Shown here: one piece after another, positions 12,591 to 26,741 of the stretch
How positions within the stretch are numbered: the stretch's first letter is position 1
Layout: each line of letters begins with the position of its first letter
From: Octopus vulgaris
Lineage: Eukaryota
Length of the DNA: 64,000 nucleotides
Assembly: GCA_951406725.2 (NCBI GenBank)
Contig: OX597816.1
Location: 4,960,001-5,024,000 of the forward strand
Reading direction: 5' to 3'
Notes under the pieces: generated by a model
Told to the model about the DNA's origin: nothing
The model's input: only the letters and a program-made list of their open reading frames with translations
Database searches by the model: none
Position numbers and translations under genes: made by a program

Positions 12591-13207
12591 TGAGGAGAAG
12601 TCAAAAAGGATCTGCACTTTCACCATAACATACCTTTATTATTGTCACACTGCCTTCTGCGCATGTGTGCTTATAGTTGGCGCTATTGTGGTCATGTGAT
12701 TGAAGTTTGAACCTGGTCACACCATTTTTCTTTATGGCTTTACAGTGTAAGTATGGCCATTCCATTAGCCATGTTCACCAAAGAAGAACAAAGAACAGTG
12801 ATTCAATTTCTCTGGTCAGAAGGTGTGTCAGGTGTGTCAGGTGTGTCAGGTGTGTCAAGACATTGAAACCATTTAACCAATTGGGTTTCGAGGGGCTGGA
12901 ACACCCTGCCCACAGCCCAGACCAGATCTCGCCCCTTCCAACTATCATATCTTTGGACCGATCAAAGATGGTTTATGAGGTCATTGATTTCCTATGGATA
13001 AAGATGTGGAGGAAGTGGTGCTTAAATGGTTCCACGACCAACTGCAAACCTTCTTCTTGGAGGGAATACGCAAGCTTGCGGACCACTGGACCAAGTGCAT
13101 CAAGAAGGAAACGGACTATGTAAAAAAAGAATGTACTTGTTTGTCCCCTGCTTTTGTGTAAATACATTGAAAAAACAAGAGTGTGTATAGTTTTTGACTT
13201 TCCCTCG
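12591..13207 (+). mobile_element. Internally deleted mariner transposon
   Basis: TA-flanked imperfect TIRs (tgaggagaagtcaaaaa / tttttgactttccctcg). The N-terminus MAIPLAMFTKEEQRTVIQFLWSEGVSG is joined to C-terminal LEHPAHSPD..LAPSNYHIFGPIK..FFLEGIRKLADHWTKCI. Confidence 0.88.
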
Positions 13208-14067
13208 TATATATTAACTGTCTGTAATATTTTAAAGTACACACATAAAACCAAAGGAATCGCAAAACCAATATTGAAATATTCAAAGCTATTATCAATG
13301 GACATATGTGTGTGCTTCAAGGCATTCAAAAACATGATTGTTTCAGATTCTCTCAGAAGTTTATGAAATACTTAAGATGTCAGAAATGTGTGTGTGTGTC
13401 TGTGCATGTGCGTGTGTGTGTGTGTGTGTGTATTTGTGTGTGTCTTTTGTTTGTTTAACTTCCGTTGTTCCATGTTAGCATGGGTTAGACAAGGTGAGTG
13501 TTTGAGGTAGAACTATTCTAAACGGATGCACTTCTTGACACCAGTCTTTCGTTGTTCTTCAAGTGAAGCAGGTTTTGTTGTTGAAGAATTCAAAGGCAAC
13601 GAACTGTATTATGATTTGCAGTAGAGGAAATGTCAGCAAATACCAGAGACAGTCATGCAGCTAAAAATGGTAACATTTGCTTATTACAGGTTGTCAGCAA
13701 CCACGCTCCCCCCACACACACACACACATACAGCAGGCTTCTTTCTGTTTCCATCTAAAAAAAATTTCCTTACAAGCCATTGGTTGGTCACAATAAGGGA
13801 TTGAACCTCAAGCCACAACGCTGAGAAGTTGATTTCTTAACCACATACCTATGCATACCAATAATATATTTTGATCTTATAGTCTGTTGCTGTTCTCTTA
13901 CACCTGTGATGTGGAATACGTATACACACATACACAAGTATACACATGCGAATATACGTGTGTCTATGTATCCGCGGAAGACGGTGCTCAAATTGGACAG
14001 GTGGATGGTAAGAAGCAGAGGGCAAAAGAGACAGGTATGCAAGCAAGTGCAAAGGTAAATTGATACA

Positions 14068-14516
14068 GAGAGAGACAGACAGACAGACAGAAAGGCAGAC
14101 AATCAGACAGACAGGTATGCAAACAAGTGAAAAGGTAAATTGATACAGAGAGAGAGAGAGAAAGAGACAGACAGAGAGACAGACAGACAGACAGACAGAA
14201 AGGGAGACAGTCAGACAGACAGATAGACAGACAGAGAAAGAGAGAGGCTGAGAGAAGGAGAAAGAGAAGAGGAGAGAGAGAGAGAGAGAGAGAGAGGCTG
14301 AGAGAAGGAGAAAGAGAAGGAAAGAGAGAGAGACAGAGAGACAGAGAGACAGACAGACAGACAGACAGACAGGCAGACAGACAGGTAGACAGACAGACAG
14401 ATAGACAGACAGAGAAAGAGAGAGGCTGAGAGAAGGAGAAAGAGAAGAGGAGAAAGAGAAGGAAAGAGAGAGAGAGAGGCTGAGAGAAGGAGAAAGAGAA
14501 GGAAAGACAGAGAGAC

Positions 14517-14555
<39 letters not shown>

Positions 14556-14620
14556 TAGACAGACAGAGAAAGAGAGAGGCTGAGAGAAGAAAGACAAGGA
14601 GAGAGAGAGAGAGAGAGAAA
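14068..14620. repeat. (AG)n/(AGAC)n compound microsatellite with internal duplications
   Basis: Seen directly; it generates the spurious 298-aa SL-rich ORF. Confidence 0.92.
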
Positions 14621-16129
14621 AGGAAAGAAAGAATTGATGTATAAACATGAAAAACTAAAATTAAATCCATAATAATTAAGAGCTCAATTAATAAGATCCA
14701 ACCCATTATTAGAATGCAGTGATTCCAAGTGGAGAAGACTTGCATGGAGAAACAGAACCAGCTAAAACCATCTTGGAATACAACATATTTGGTGAAAAAA
14801 AATGAGGAAACAAGAATTTCACTTGGAGTTCATGCTTTAATGGTACTCAACATTTTAGAGTACCATTAAGTCATGAATTTGGAGTGAAATGGGTTCTTCA
14901 ATTTTTATTCCAAACACACAAACACACACACACACACACACTCATTTGATTTGTGTGTGTGTGTGTGGTTAGAAAGCTTATTTTGCAACCAAGTAGTTTC
15001 GGTTTCAATCACACTGTACTGCACTTTGTGTTGTCTACTTTAGCCCTTGGCTGACCAGTGCCTTGGGAGTGAATTTAGGAGATGGGGGATGTCCATTGTG
15101 TATGTGTGTGTGTGTGTGCATGTGTGTGTGCATGTGTGCATGTGCATGTGTGTGTGTGTGTGCGTAAGTGTCTGTATGAGTATGTCTGAGCTTTAAGTGT
15201 GTGTGTGTGTAAGTGTCTGTATGAGTATGTCTGAGCTATACAGCTCGACAACTGGTGTTGCTTTATTTATGTCCCTCATAACTTTGGAATTCAGCAAAAG
15301 AGACTGATAGAATAAGTATCAGACTGAATAAAAGTATAGGAGTCAATTAGTTTGAACATCAGCACCAAACACCCTTCTCCACTCTTTAGTACCAGGTAAG
15401 ATTCAGGAACCCGTACTCGGTCTGATAGGCCATGTTGCTCAATTTTCCAAGGCAGACCCTGCTTACTGCGTTCTCTTCCCTGAGGATCTGGCTGGGTTGA
15501 TGGCTCATACTGGTCAATCACCTGCCACATGGTCATAGCAGTGAAGGAGGTATCTCACGGAGATGAGGACTGATTGAGAATCTGCTCAAAGGGCTGCCCC
15601 GAAGGGCCCAGGAACATAACAGCATATGGTGAATGCAGCAAAACACTCCTACAGTGCATGGCCCCTACACCTGACCTAAGCTGACTAAAAGTAGTGACTT
15701 CATTTGAGAATAATACCTTAACTGATTAATAGACCAAGGACTTTGTTTTAAAATAGGCCCTTATCGAATTAGTGTCCTTAATCTGGGTTTATGGAAAGTG
15801 GAGTCATGGATTTAACAGTGTCTCATTTATTTTATTTGAAGGAATATGTTTCCCTACATAATTTAGGAAACGCTAATGCTACCACCATCACCACCACCAC
15901 CACCACCACTACCACCACTAGTACTACTAATGCTGCTGTTGTTGTTGTTGTTGTCGTGGTTGTTGTTGTTGTTGTTGCTACTTTTATCGAATGGAAACCT
16001 TTGAAGTTTTATATCGCATACTAAATAGATGAGAAAATCAGTTAATAAAATTCATTTTCATACTGCATATTTTGAAAGAGTTGAGATAAAAGAATACGTG
16101 TGCACATATTTATGCCTATAGATATTCAC

Positions 16130-16160
<31 letters not shown>

Positions 16161-17187
16161 CATGCTACATACATATACTTATATGTATATATATATATAT
16201 ACATATATTTGTACTACATACATAAACTTATATATATATATATATACTGCATGCTTACACATACATACTACTGACGTGTACATAGGCATACATGCACATA
16301 CATGCACAGGTACGTATATGTGTTCAGATACATACACGCTCAGGTAAAGCTCACACACGTGTGCATCAAGTATGATGAAAAAAATACGTTTTTCAATGAT
16401 TAAAACAGAAACATTAAAGTCAAGCTTAAAAACATCAAAATAAACAAATAGAGAAAACTAAAAAAAAAAAATTTTTTTCAGGTTAAAAAAAAATGTATGT
16501 TCTCTTATGTATTTATTTAATGTAGCTGACATTTTATGACGAAAATGAAGGAGAGTAATCCTTGAACGAAAGACAGGGAGAAAGAGAAAAGAGAGGAGAA
16601 GAGGAAGAAAGGAAAAAGGAAAAGGGGAAAAAAGAGGAAGAAAAGAAAGGGGAAAAGGGGGAAAAAAGAGGATTGCTAAGGTAAAACAAAGCAACAAAAA
16701 AAAATATATGTCCATGTCATAGTTTTTGATATTTTCAAAGCTTGAAGTTCATCTTTGAAACAACACTTTCAATACACGGCGCTAATGCTATCAAATTGAC
16801 AAATCTTGTCAGTTTGGGAAGATAGCAAATTCTTGCGCATTGAAACATAACAAACAGAACAGATGCCACTATTTAGAAAAGTATGGTATTCAAACTAGAA
16901 TTATTTAATGATGAAATAATTAGAAATAAATACAATTTCAGAAATTCGTTTACCCCCGACCGTGTGGCTTTTGGGTTCAGTCCCACTGTGCGACATCTGT
17001 GGCACCTTGGGTTAGTGTGTCTTTTATTATAGGCCCAGCCAATCAAAGTATTATGAAAGGATTTGGTGGATGGAAATGTGAAAGAAGTATGCAGAGATAT
17101 ATATAAATAAATAAGAAATAGTGGCACAACAAGGTACCAGTGTTTGCTGGAAATAGCAATCAATGTGCATGCGTGTGAGTGTGTGTG

Positions 17188-17395
17188 AAGGCTCATGGTT
17201 CAGTGGTTAGAGCATCAGGCTCACAATCATGAAGTAGCGAGTTCAATTCCCAGGCTGGACTGTATGTTGTATTCTTGAGCAAGACACGTTATTTCACATT
17301 GCTCCAGTTCACTCAGCTGTAGAAATGAGTTACAACATCACTGGGGCCGAGCTGTATCGGACCCTTTGCCTTTCCCTTGGATAACATCAGGGGCG
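17188..17395 (+). mobile_element. tRNA-derived SINE family E (decayed)
   Basis: tggttcagtggttagagc..gagttcaattccc..cttgagcaagacac; related reverse copies at ~17890-18195 and ~49350-49625. Confidence 0.65.
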
Positions 17396-17422
17396 TGGTC
17401 ACTCATGACTGAAGTGGGTCTT

Positions 17423-17458
<36 letters not shown>

Positions 17459-17460
<2 letters not shown>

Positions 17461-17865
17461 TCTTTTTACTCTTTTACTTGTTTCAGTCATTTGACTGCGG
17501 CCATGCTGGAGCACCGCCTTTAGTCGAGCAAATCGACCCAGGGACTTATTCTTTTTGTAAGCCCAGTACTTATTCTATCGGTCTCTTTGTGCCAAACCGC
17601 TAAGTGACGGGGACGTAAACACACCAGCATCGGTTGTCAAGCAATGCTAGGGCAACAAACATATACACAGACATACACATACATATATATATATATACAT
17701 ATATACGACAGGCTTCTTTCAGTTTCCGTCTACCAAATCCACTCACAAGGCATTGGTCGGCCCGGGGCTATAGCAGAAGACACTTGCCCAAGATACCACG
17801 CAGTGGGACTGAACCCGGAACCATGTGGTTGGTTAGCAAGCTACTTACCAGACAGCCACTCCTGC
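17459..17865 (-). mobile_element. SINE family A
   Basis: Full-length reverse-complement copy with little divergence. Confidence 0.9.
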
Positions 17866-18550
17866 TGTTTACATATATATAAACTGACACTACAATGATG
17901 AGGGGCCCAGTTGATCCAATCAACAGAACAGCCTCCCCATGAACTAATGTACAAGTGGCTGAGTACCCCATAGACATGTCTACACTTAATCTAGTTCTCA
18001 GAGAGAGATTCAGCATGACACAGAATGTAAATAGGGTGACCCTTTGAAATACAGGTAAAAACTCCCTTTTGCCAGTTGAGTGGACTGGAGCAAGGTGAAA
18101 TAAAGGGTCTTGCTTAAGGACACAATGCAATGCTGGGAATTGAACTCACGACCTTACAGTTGTGAGCTGAATACCCTAACAACTTAGCCATGCGCTTTCA
18201 CACACACATACACACACATTTACGCACACACATACATACACATACGCACACACACATACACACATATGCACACACACACACATACACATACATTTATGCA
18301 CACACATACATTTATGCACACACATACATTTATGCACACACATACATACTCATAAGCACACACACATACACACACATTTACACACACACATTTACACACA
18401 CATATGCACACACACATACACACACATATGCACACCCACATACACACACATTTACACAGACACATACACACACATTTACACACACACACGTTTTCACACA
18501 CACACGTTTTCACACACACACATAGACATATACATATGCACACACACGTG

Positions 18551-18592
<42 letters not shown>

Positions 18593-18710
18593 TGTGTATG
18601 TGTGTATGTGTGTGCTCGTGTGTGTTAATGTTTGTTTTTTATGCTCAGAGTTACAACACAAAATCCATTCTTCTAATTACAGGTAAAAAGAAAACATTCC
18701 TTCTACTTAC

Positions 18711-18828
18711 TGTGTACTTTGAGGACATGCGTCTGCTTAATGCTGGCGTCCTCTTTGTCATGGCAAGAATAATTACCAATATGGTGGATACCAATGCTAC
18801 TGATGTACAAAGAGCCATCATCAAAAAC
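18711..18828 (-). CDS. FSTL5: FSTL4/5-like gene, internal exon (second half of Ig domain 1)
   Basis: Acceptor ttcttttAG, donor GTAAGT; 118 nt, phase 0-1. VFDDGSLYISSIGIHHIGNYSCHDKEDASIKQTHVLKVH follows the FSTL4/5 DDGSLYI...GNYxC...QTH pattern. Confidence 0.92.
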
Positions 18829-19663
18829 CTAAAAGAAAACAAATGATAAAATTGTAGTGAAAAGATTTATTAAAAAAGATTCATTGAATGGATTTATTAA
18901 AAGGACACCTCAGTGATGTTGGTGCCACATAAAAAGCACCTAATCCACTTTGTTAAAAGGCTTGCATTAGGAAGGGCATCCGGCCATAAAAATCATGCCA
19001 AAACAGAAACCCTCTTATGGAATTATCCCCCTCAATCCCCTCTACTACATATACTTCCCACCCCCACTGTTCCCTAGGGATAGGTCACCTCTCTCTCTCT
19101 CAGTCTGACTGTCAATTTTTCTCTTTAATTTTGTCCTTACTTGTCCCCTATCATAAGACAGCAATCTCTCCCCCAAACCGCTCCCTATTATACTCTAACT
19201 GCACACCTGGCCCATGGTCACTTCTCTTAGTTCCACTCCCTCTCTCAGCTGAGAAGACTTTGTCTTGCAAGCAACTTGCCGACCCCACGGGGGCTGGCAT
19301 AGCATAAAAACCACCCAGTACACACTGTGGAGTGGCTGGTGTTAAGAAAGACATCCAGCTATAGAAACTTGCCAAAACAAACAAACAGGGCCTGGTGTAG
19401 CCCTCCGGTTTGCCAGCTCTTGTCAAACCTCCCAATCCATGCCAGCATGGAAAACGGACGTTAAATGATGATGATGAGGTTTTTATTTTCTAAAGTTTTA
19501 CTCTTAATTGGAAAGGTGATAAAATGCATGACAGGGCTTAGTTCTGTTTCCCTATATTCCAGCTTTCAAATCCCATGAAAGGCAGCAGAATATTAGCTGT
19601 ACACATTGAATACATTAGATAGACACTCAGTGAACAGTTTAGTTTGGTATATAAATATAATTA

Positions 19664-19885
<222 letters not shown>

Positions 19886-20234
19886 CACCACAGACACACA
19901 CCACTAAATCCACAGTTTTTTAAAATTCTTTCTCTATTTATTTCCTTGTGTTCCTTTCTGTTAAAGAGCATAGGCTTGAAACGTAAAAGACTTTCTCAAC
20001 TTCCCAAGTGTCAAACTAATACACCTGCTTGTTGATTATACAATTGTCTTTGTCTTTTGTTTTTCTGTAAAGTTCATATATATGTATATATATATATATG
20101 TATTTAAAATTTAGATTGATCAAAGAACATACTGAGTATATCTACCTGCTGGAAATAACATTCAAAATTCTTACTTAAACTGCTAAAAAATAACACTGAC
20201 AATAACTACAGAAATCGACCATCTGCAAGCATAC

Positions 20235-20635
20235 ATCATCATCATCATCATCGTCGTTTAACGTCCGCTTTACATGCTGGCATGGGTTGGATGGTTTGAC
20301 TGAGGACTGGTGAGCAAGAGGTTGCACCAGGCTCTAATCTTCATCTGGCAGTGTTTCTACAACTGGATGCCCTTCCTAATACCAACCACTCCGTGAATGT
20401 AGTGGGTGCTTTTACATGCCACTGGAACGAGGGCCAGTGAGGCAGTAATGGCAGCGGCCACACTCAAAAGGTGTTTATTAAGTGCTACATGCATGGGAGC
20501 CAGTCCGGCGGCATTGACAACCACTACGTCTGAATATCGTTTTACACGTGCCACCGAAACATCTGCCAGTAAAGTGACACTGGCAACGATCATGCTCGAA
20601 TGGTGCCTTTTATGTGCCACTGGCACGGGAGACAA
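20235..20635 (-). mobile_element. SINE-like family C
   Basis: (CAT)n-cgtttaacgtccg body plus internal units. Confidence 0.8.
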
Positions 20636-20950
20636 TCTGTGCCAACATACCAATATAGCATCTAGTTCTATATTTTCTAGTATTTGGACTTGTATGTTAT
20701 TTTTAGGCAGTTTAAAAGGCAGTTTAAAGAAGAGTTTTAACTGTTATTTCCAGCAGGTAGGCATACCCAGTATGCCCTTTGATTAATATAAGTTTTAATA
20801 TTTCAGCTATTTAAAGTTTTTGGGGGGCCTGCAATCACCTATTTTATTAATTCTGTTATTAGCAATTTAATTATTTTATCCCAGATAATAATAGAGTAAA
20901 TAGTATCTTTGCAAATATTTCCTGCTAAATTATTTGCTCCGTATTGCAAT

Positions 20951-20985
<35 letters not shown>

Positions 20986-22684
20986 CATGAGTAAGCAAAT
21001 AAATGTAAAACAAGAGGTTGCAGAAAATAGTACTCAGTTACCGAAGGTAGAGTAATATACTTTTTTTTATTAAAACTATAAAAATATCACAAAAAAACAT
21101 CGCAAAGAGAGTAGTGCTCAACACATTTGTAAGATGCTGGATATACTTTTAATAATAGTTTGATCCAGCTCCAAGTATCTGCTCAGATGGACTTGTCCTA
21201 TTCACCCACAAAACTTGGAGTCATGTGGCGCTGAATCAGACTTTTATTTAAAATATATATACTGTTGTTACATATATAAATTCTTACACACATATACATA
21301 TATACACTTAACATTAGGTACATATACACATATACATACATACACACATGCATATACATACTTACACACACACGTACATACATACACACATATATACACA
21401 TACACATATATGTACATGCATATACATATATACATGCACACATATACGTATATACACTTAATATTAGGTACATATACACACATACATACACACATGCATA
21501 CATACAAACACATACACATACATACATACACACATGCATACATACACACATACATACACACATACACAAACACATATACATACATACATGCACACATACA
21601 CAAATACATATACATACATGCATATACATACATACATACATATACATTCATACATACATATACATACATACATAAACATACACGCATGTATACATATACA
21701 AACAAACTGCACACATAGGCAGATGAGTGAAGTGCAGTGATCATTGGTGAAATTCCTTTCATCTATGATCTCATATCAGACCCTCATTCAAACGACAATT
21801 GAATACACACGCATGAAACCATTGGTATCATATCACCACAAACACAATTCAATTAGAAGCAAAATTATTCATCCACCAATGCAATATTGATTCCTCATTC
21901 TTTTATTTCACTATGAACATCTATATACACACATCCATACGCACACAAACACACACACACACACACACGCACACATGTTTGTGTATGTACGTATGCATGT
22001 GTGTATTCATGTGAAGCTAGGAAGTCATACAACATAGTCACATAAAATAAAAAAGATATACAGAGAATAACTAAAGAATTCAAAGTCAGTATCTATACAT
22101 AGGTTTATAGATACACAGGCATACATATATATATATATATATATATATACCACCCCCACCACCAATACCACCAATACCGGTGAACACTGTTCTCACCATC
22201 TACACCGGATACTCCCTCCTCCTCCCCCACCACCCCTTCTCCTCATATGCTTTCACTGAGAAAAGACAAGCTGCTAGCGTCTCAGCTCATCAACCGCCCT
22301 CTGATCTTACGCTTCCTCCTGTTTTGAATCTGACACTGCCTCAATCCTACTATCTCCTTCCAGTCCCCTCCATGCCTCGTAATATCCTACGTTTTTATTT
22401 CTTACGAACCTGCACCAACCCTTCCTGCCATCGTTCCTCCTTACCCCCCAACCTCCCCCACACCTACCCATATATATATATACACATCCTACGTTTATAT
22501 TTCTTACGAACCTTCACCAACCCTTCCTGCCATCGTTCCTCCTTACCCCAACCTTCCCCACTGGTGCTCCCCTATATTACCCGCACCCCTTTACTATCTC
22601 TCCCTCTCTTTTCACTGGTGAAACCTTTCTCAGCTGGACCCCCCCCCCCAACTCAACTCTACCCCGCATCCCGTTGCCCCCGTG

Positions 22685-22945
22685 TCCCTGGCACGTTAAA
22701 AGCTCGAACCGATCGTGACCGATGCAGGACCCCCCGGCCCCTGTGCAGGTGGCACGTAAAAAGCACCCAATCCACTCACGGAGTGGTTGGCGTTAGGAAG
22801 GGCATCCAGCCGTAGAAACTCTGCCAGAATCAGACTGGAGCCTGGAGCGGCCCCTGGCTTCCCAGACCCCGGTCGAACCGTCCAACCCGTGCTAGCGCGG
22901 AAAACGGACGTTAAACGATGATGATGATGATGATGATGATGATAT
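22685..22945 (+). mobile_element. SINE-like family C (young, CpG-rich)
   Basis: Body ends cggacgttaaac(gat)n. Confidence 0.85.
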
Positions 22946-23185
22946 ATATATATATATACAAAATGAGAAAATGGAGAAACATACCTAAATCAATCATCAT
23001 ATATATATATATATATAATAAAAAAGAGTGAAAAACCTACATAAGGCTTGTGTTATAAGGTTAAAGAATATATTTAAGTCGTTAGAAAAATGTTGTAAAA
23101 TTTTGTGTTTAGTAACAGTTTTGGGAGAAATAACCGGTTTCGTATTTTCTTTTAAAATTTCTCGAATTTCTTTACCTACATCATG

Positions 23186-23225
<40 letters not shown>

Positions 23226-23257
23226 TTTATTTTAAGCAGGAGAAAATTCAACAAAAT

Positions 23258-23295
23258 CTGTTACTCTGAGTTTCTCGTTGCCGTTCATCAGACAG
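23258..23295 (-). ncRNA. Type I hammerhead motif (sense to the host pre-mRNA)
   Basis: ctgt-CTGATGA-acggcaacga-GAAA-ctcagag-TA-acag; stem II is only CG/CG with a GCAA loop. Confidence 0.65.
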
Positions 23296-23632
23296 TTTTT
23301 ACTAGAATGGAACTGATATATCAATTGAATCTATACTCTTACAAACGCTACACCTTTAAAAAGAAATGGACTTGTTTGATTGGCCCTTTAGAAAAAACGG
23401 TCAATCATAGAGCGATAAACAAAAAGGTCAAAAATATATGTATTTATATATAAACAAAAAGGTCAAAAATATATGTATATATATATACATATATTTTTGA
23501 CCTTTTTGTTTATCGCTCGAAGATTGACCGTTTTTTCTAAAGGGCCAATCAAACAAGTCCATTTCTTTTTAAAGGTGTAGCATTTGCAAGAGTATAGATT
23601 GAATTGATATATCAGTTCCATTCTAGCAAAAA

Positions 23633-23670
23633 CTGTCTGATGAACGGCAACGAGAAACTCAGAGTAACAG
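23633..23670 (+). ncRNA. Type I hammerhead motif
   Basis: Identical to the reverse complement of 23258-23295. Confidence 0.65.
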
Positions 23671-23772
23671 ATTTTGTTGAATTTTCTGCTGCTTAAAATA
23701 AAGCATATTACTCTACCACTGGTATTTGAGTACTCTTTTTTCCACCTTGTTTCACATTTATGTGTTTACTCC

Positions 23773-23806
<34 letters not shown>

Positions 23807-23867
23807 CATGTATATATCTACACAAGCATGTATGTATGCATGTATGTTCTTTTCATTCATTCTTTCT

Positions 23868-24270
23868 TTTGCTTGTTTCAGTCATTTGACTGTGGCCATA
23901 CTGGAGCACCGTCTTTAGTCAAACAAATCGACTTTAGGACTTATTCTTTGTAAGCCTAGTACTTATTCTATCGGTCTCTTTTGTCGAACTGCTAAGTTAC
24001 GGGGACGTAAGCACATCAGCATCGGTTGTCAAGCGATGGTGGGGGGGGGGGGGGTCAAACACAGACACAGACACAAACACACACACACACGCACATATAT
24101 ATATATACATATATGCGATAGGCTTTTTTCAGTTTCCGTCTACCAAATCCACTCACAAGGCTTTGGTCAGCCCAAGGCTATAGTAGAAGACACCTGCCCA
24201 AGGTGTCCTGCAGTGGACTGAACCTGGAACAATGTGGTTGGTAAGCAAGCTACTTAACACAGTCACTTGT
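23868..24270 (-). mobile_element. SINE family A
   Basis: Reverse-complement copy. Confidence 0.85.
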
Positions 24271-24563
24271 CCTTATATATATATATATATAAGGAAAATA
24301 GGACAAGGTAGAAAATGGTAAAATAATTTTATCCTGAAGAACATTTTAGTACTGGTTTCAGTCTCTGTGACTTTTTCAACTTAGACTAAAGCATGAAAAA
24401 CAATTAAATTGTGGAAAAATTAAATGAAATGTTTTTTTAAATATTTCCACAATTTTAAAAAACAAGGTACATTTTCCTTTTTCTGTCTGTCTCTGTCTCT
24501 CTTTTTTATTTATGTAAGATTTTGGTATATTTGTAAAACAAAACCAAAACATTCTTCTTTTAA

Positions 24564-25000
24564 TCTATATATATATATAAAGCTGAAGTTGTCTGTGTAT
24601 GGCAGGTTTTGTAGCCTTCAACTAACACTATTTCCTTCGAGACCCTGTGGAACAAGTTGACCAAAATTGAGAGTATGATAGAAGAAGGCTTGCTCTTCCT
24701 TCCGAAGAAGAAGAAATTCAAATCGGATCATGTTAATACCAAAAATTATTTACATCAAAAAGGTGCTCTTTTTTTCTATGAAAATCCCTATTTTTTACGA
24801 TTCTTTGACTGCTGTGTTTCCAGCTTTCGGTGTATTTCAACCAGAAAAATGTTCGCTTAAAGAGAATAAGAAGCTACATAATGCAAAATTTTTACTTTTC
24901 AAAGATTCCAATTCTAAAGTAGTGTTGTCTACATTACTTTTCAAAGATTCCAATTCTAAAGGGTTGAAACAAACCCGAGCAACGCCATAAATACTGCTAG
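24564..25000 (+). mobile_element. Non-autonomous Helitron
   Basis: 5' TC(TA)n-aagctgaagttg, subterminal cccgagcaacgcc hairpin remnant, 3' CTAG, inserted between A and T with no TSD. Confidence 0.75.
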
Positions 25001-25294
25001 TGTATTTATATAAAGGGAAATTAAAAAGGACCCAATTTTAATAAAGTAGCATTTTCATTCTTCATTTTCATAAATATCTACTTACTTGTGTGTTACCTCT
25101 ACACATTTAAAATATATATATATATATATAATCAGAAACCAATTGGTACAGGAAACTAGATGGTAAAATGTTTTTATCTTTTCATTTCGTTCCTCTCCAA
25201 TTGTATCCCTAATTTTGTAGTTATGGAACCTAGCTGTTCTTTCTAGCATATTGAATCCCACGAGTGGATTCCGCATGTGTTTAAAGGTACACTG

Positions 25295-25381
<87 letters not shown>

Positions 25382-25402
25382 TAGATATATATATATACAA
25401 TG

Positions 25403-25447
<45 letters not shown>

Positions 25448-25905
25448 GCATATATATGTATTATGTATATATACATGTATGTATATATATAAATATATGT
25501 ATGATGTATAGTTGATAAGGAATAATCTTGTGAAATATTACACTGCCATTAGAAGTTGTGAAACTCTGTCCCTTTGCAGTTTGACTCTGGTGTTTAAATT
25601 CTATGAAAAGCCATGCATCTCTGTCTCCGCACCCATTTATCACACTCTGCAGCAGTCAATGATTATTCATATGACACAATATATATTTTCTTTTGGCACT
25701 GGCGCTGTTTCAGTTTTCCAGTAAATGTATTCTAAGAGCTTATCTAAGATAACTTTTAACCATTCTGCATCAACAACCTGCTTTATTAAGATGCATCTGT
25801 CAAAGATATTTTATGCTTTCTCTTGAACTATTTCTCCAATGTGAAGGATCTTCTGTTATGGTTTCTTTGGTTCCGTCTACCAATAATAAATCTTGGCCAA
25901 CTTAC

Positions 25906-26066
25906 CATGATTTCTGGATTGTGGATTTTATGAAGATCAATATTATTTCGGCGCCAAACTATTTCTGAAGAGCCTTTAATGCCGCATTTAATCTCTAGAC
26001 CATTATCGACAGTGGCTAGTGTTGGAATTATGCGAAGTTTCTCATCAAGCAGGAGGCCAGGGACAT
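25906..26066 (-). CDS. FSTL5: FSTL4/5-like gene, internal exon (first half of Ig domain 1)
   Basis: Acceptor ttccttAG, donor GTAAGT; 161 nt, phase 1-0, in frame with the previous exon. (N)VPGLLLDEKLRIIPTLATVDNGLEIKCGIKGSSEIVWRRNNIDLHKIHNPEIM carries the Ig B-strand Cys and the W-x-R-N motif. Absent from the ORF track. Confidence 0.9.
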
Positions 26067-26741
26067 CTAAGGAATAGAAATAAAGAATTTACAAAATATA
26101 GTCTTTCTTTCTTTGGAGGTGTGCAAATGTGACAAAAAATATAATGTGTCTCATAGCAGTAGATATAATTCGTATTTATTGGCAAGAAACAGAAAATGAA
26201 GATAGCAGACTAAGGAAAGAAAGAATTCCCAAAATAAACACAAATAAAATAATGGAATTGTAACTTAATAAATACCCAGAGTAATAGAATGTAATGTAAT
26301 ATGGAGAGTTGGAGGTGCGATAAAGTTGTCACGAGTGTGTTGGGCGTTTTGTTAAATGCTGTTATGGCAGCTGTTGAGTTGGTGAATGGAAATGTATTTT
26401 TCAGGCTGTGAAGAACTAACGAACAACATTCCTGAGCAATTAGGAGAATACTTTATTAGTGCACATTAGTGTTGTCTACATTGGTCTTTTTACAAAATAC
26501 AAACGGCAATAATTCTTGGGGAGGTGGGAAAAAACTGCACTGCGTCAAAAGAAGTTACTTGTGAGATACTGTGTGAGTGTTTAGTTTGGTCTGTCTAAGA
26601 GCCTGGAGACGTCTACACAAATGTCCCTGGCAAAAGTGGAGGTGTATTTTGCTCAGCCACCTTCAACGCTCTCAGTTTGATGTGTTACACTTTCAAGCAC
26701 CTCTATAAACAACAGAAGCGAGTGAAAATATTATAACCAGC

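Larger units (their letters stand above)
23225..23703. repeat. Near-perfect long inverted repeat (fold-back) carrying hammerhead motifs
   Basis: Arms 23225-23440 and 23488-23703 are ~215 bp with about 7 mismatches by eye; the spacer is ~50 bp. Confidence 0.95.

Noticed and set aside
13849-14745. 298-aa ORF, plus the other long low-complexity ORFs (38286-39251, poly-I, poly-V, YI/HT-rich)
   Set aside because: Translations of microsatellites with no domain content.
22180-22815. 211-aa proline-rich ORF
   Set aside because: C/T-rich low-complexity sequence with an internal duplication, running into a SINE.
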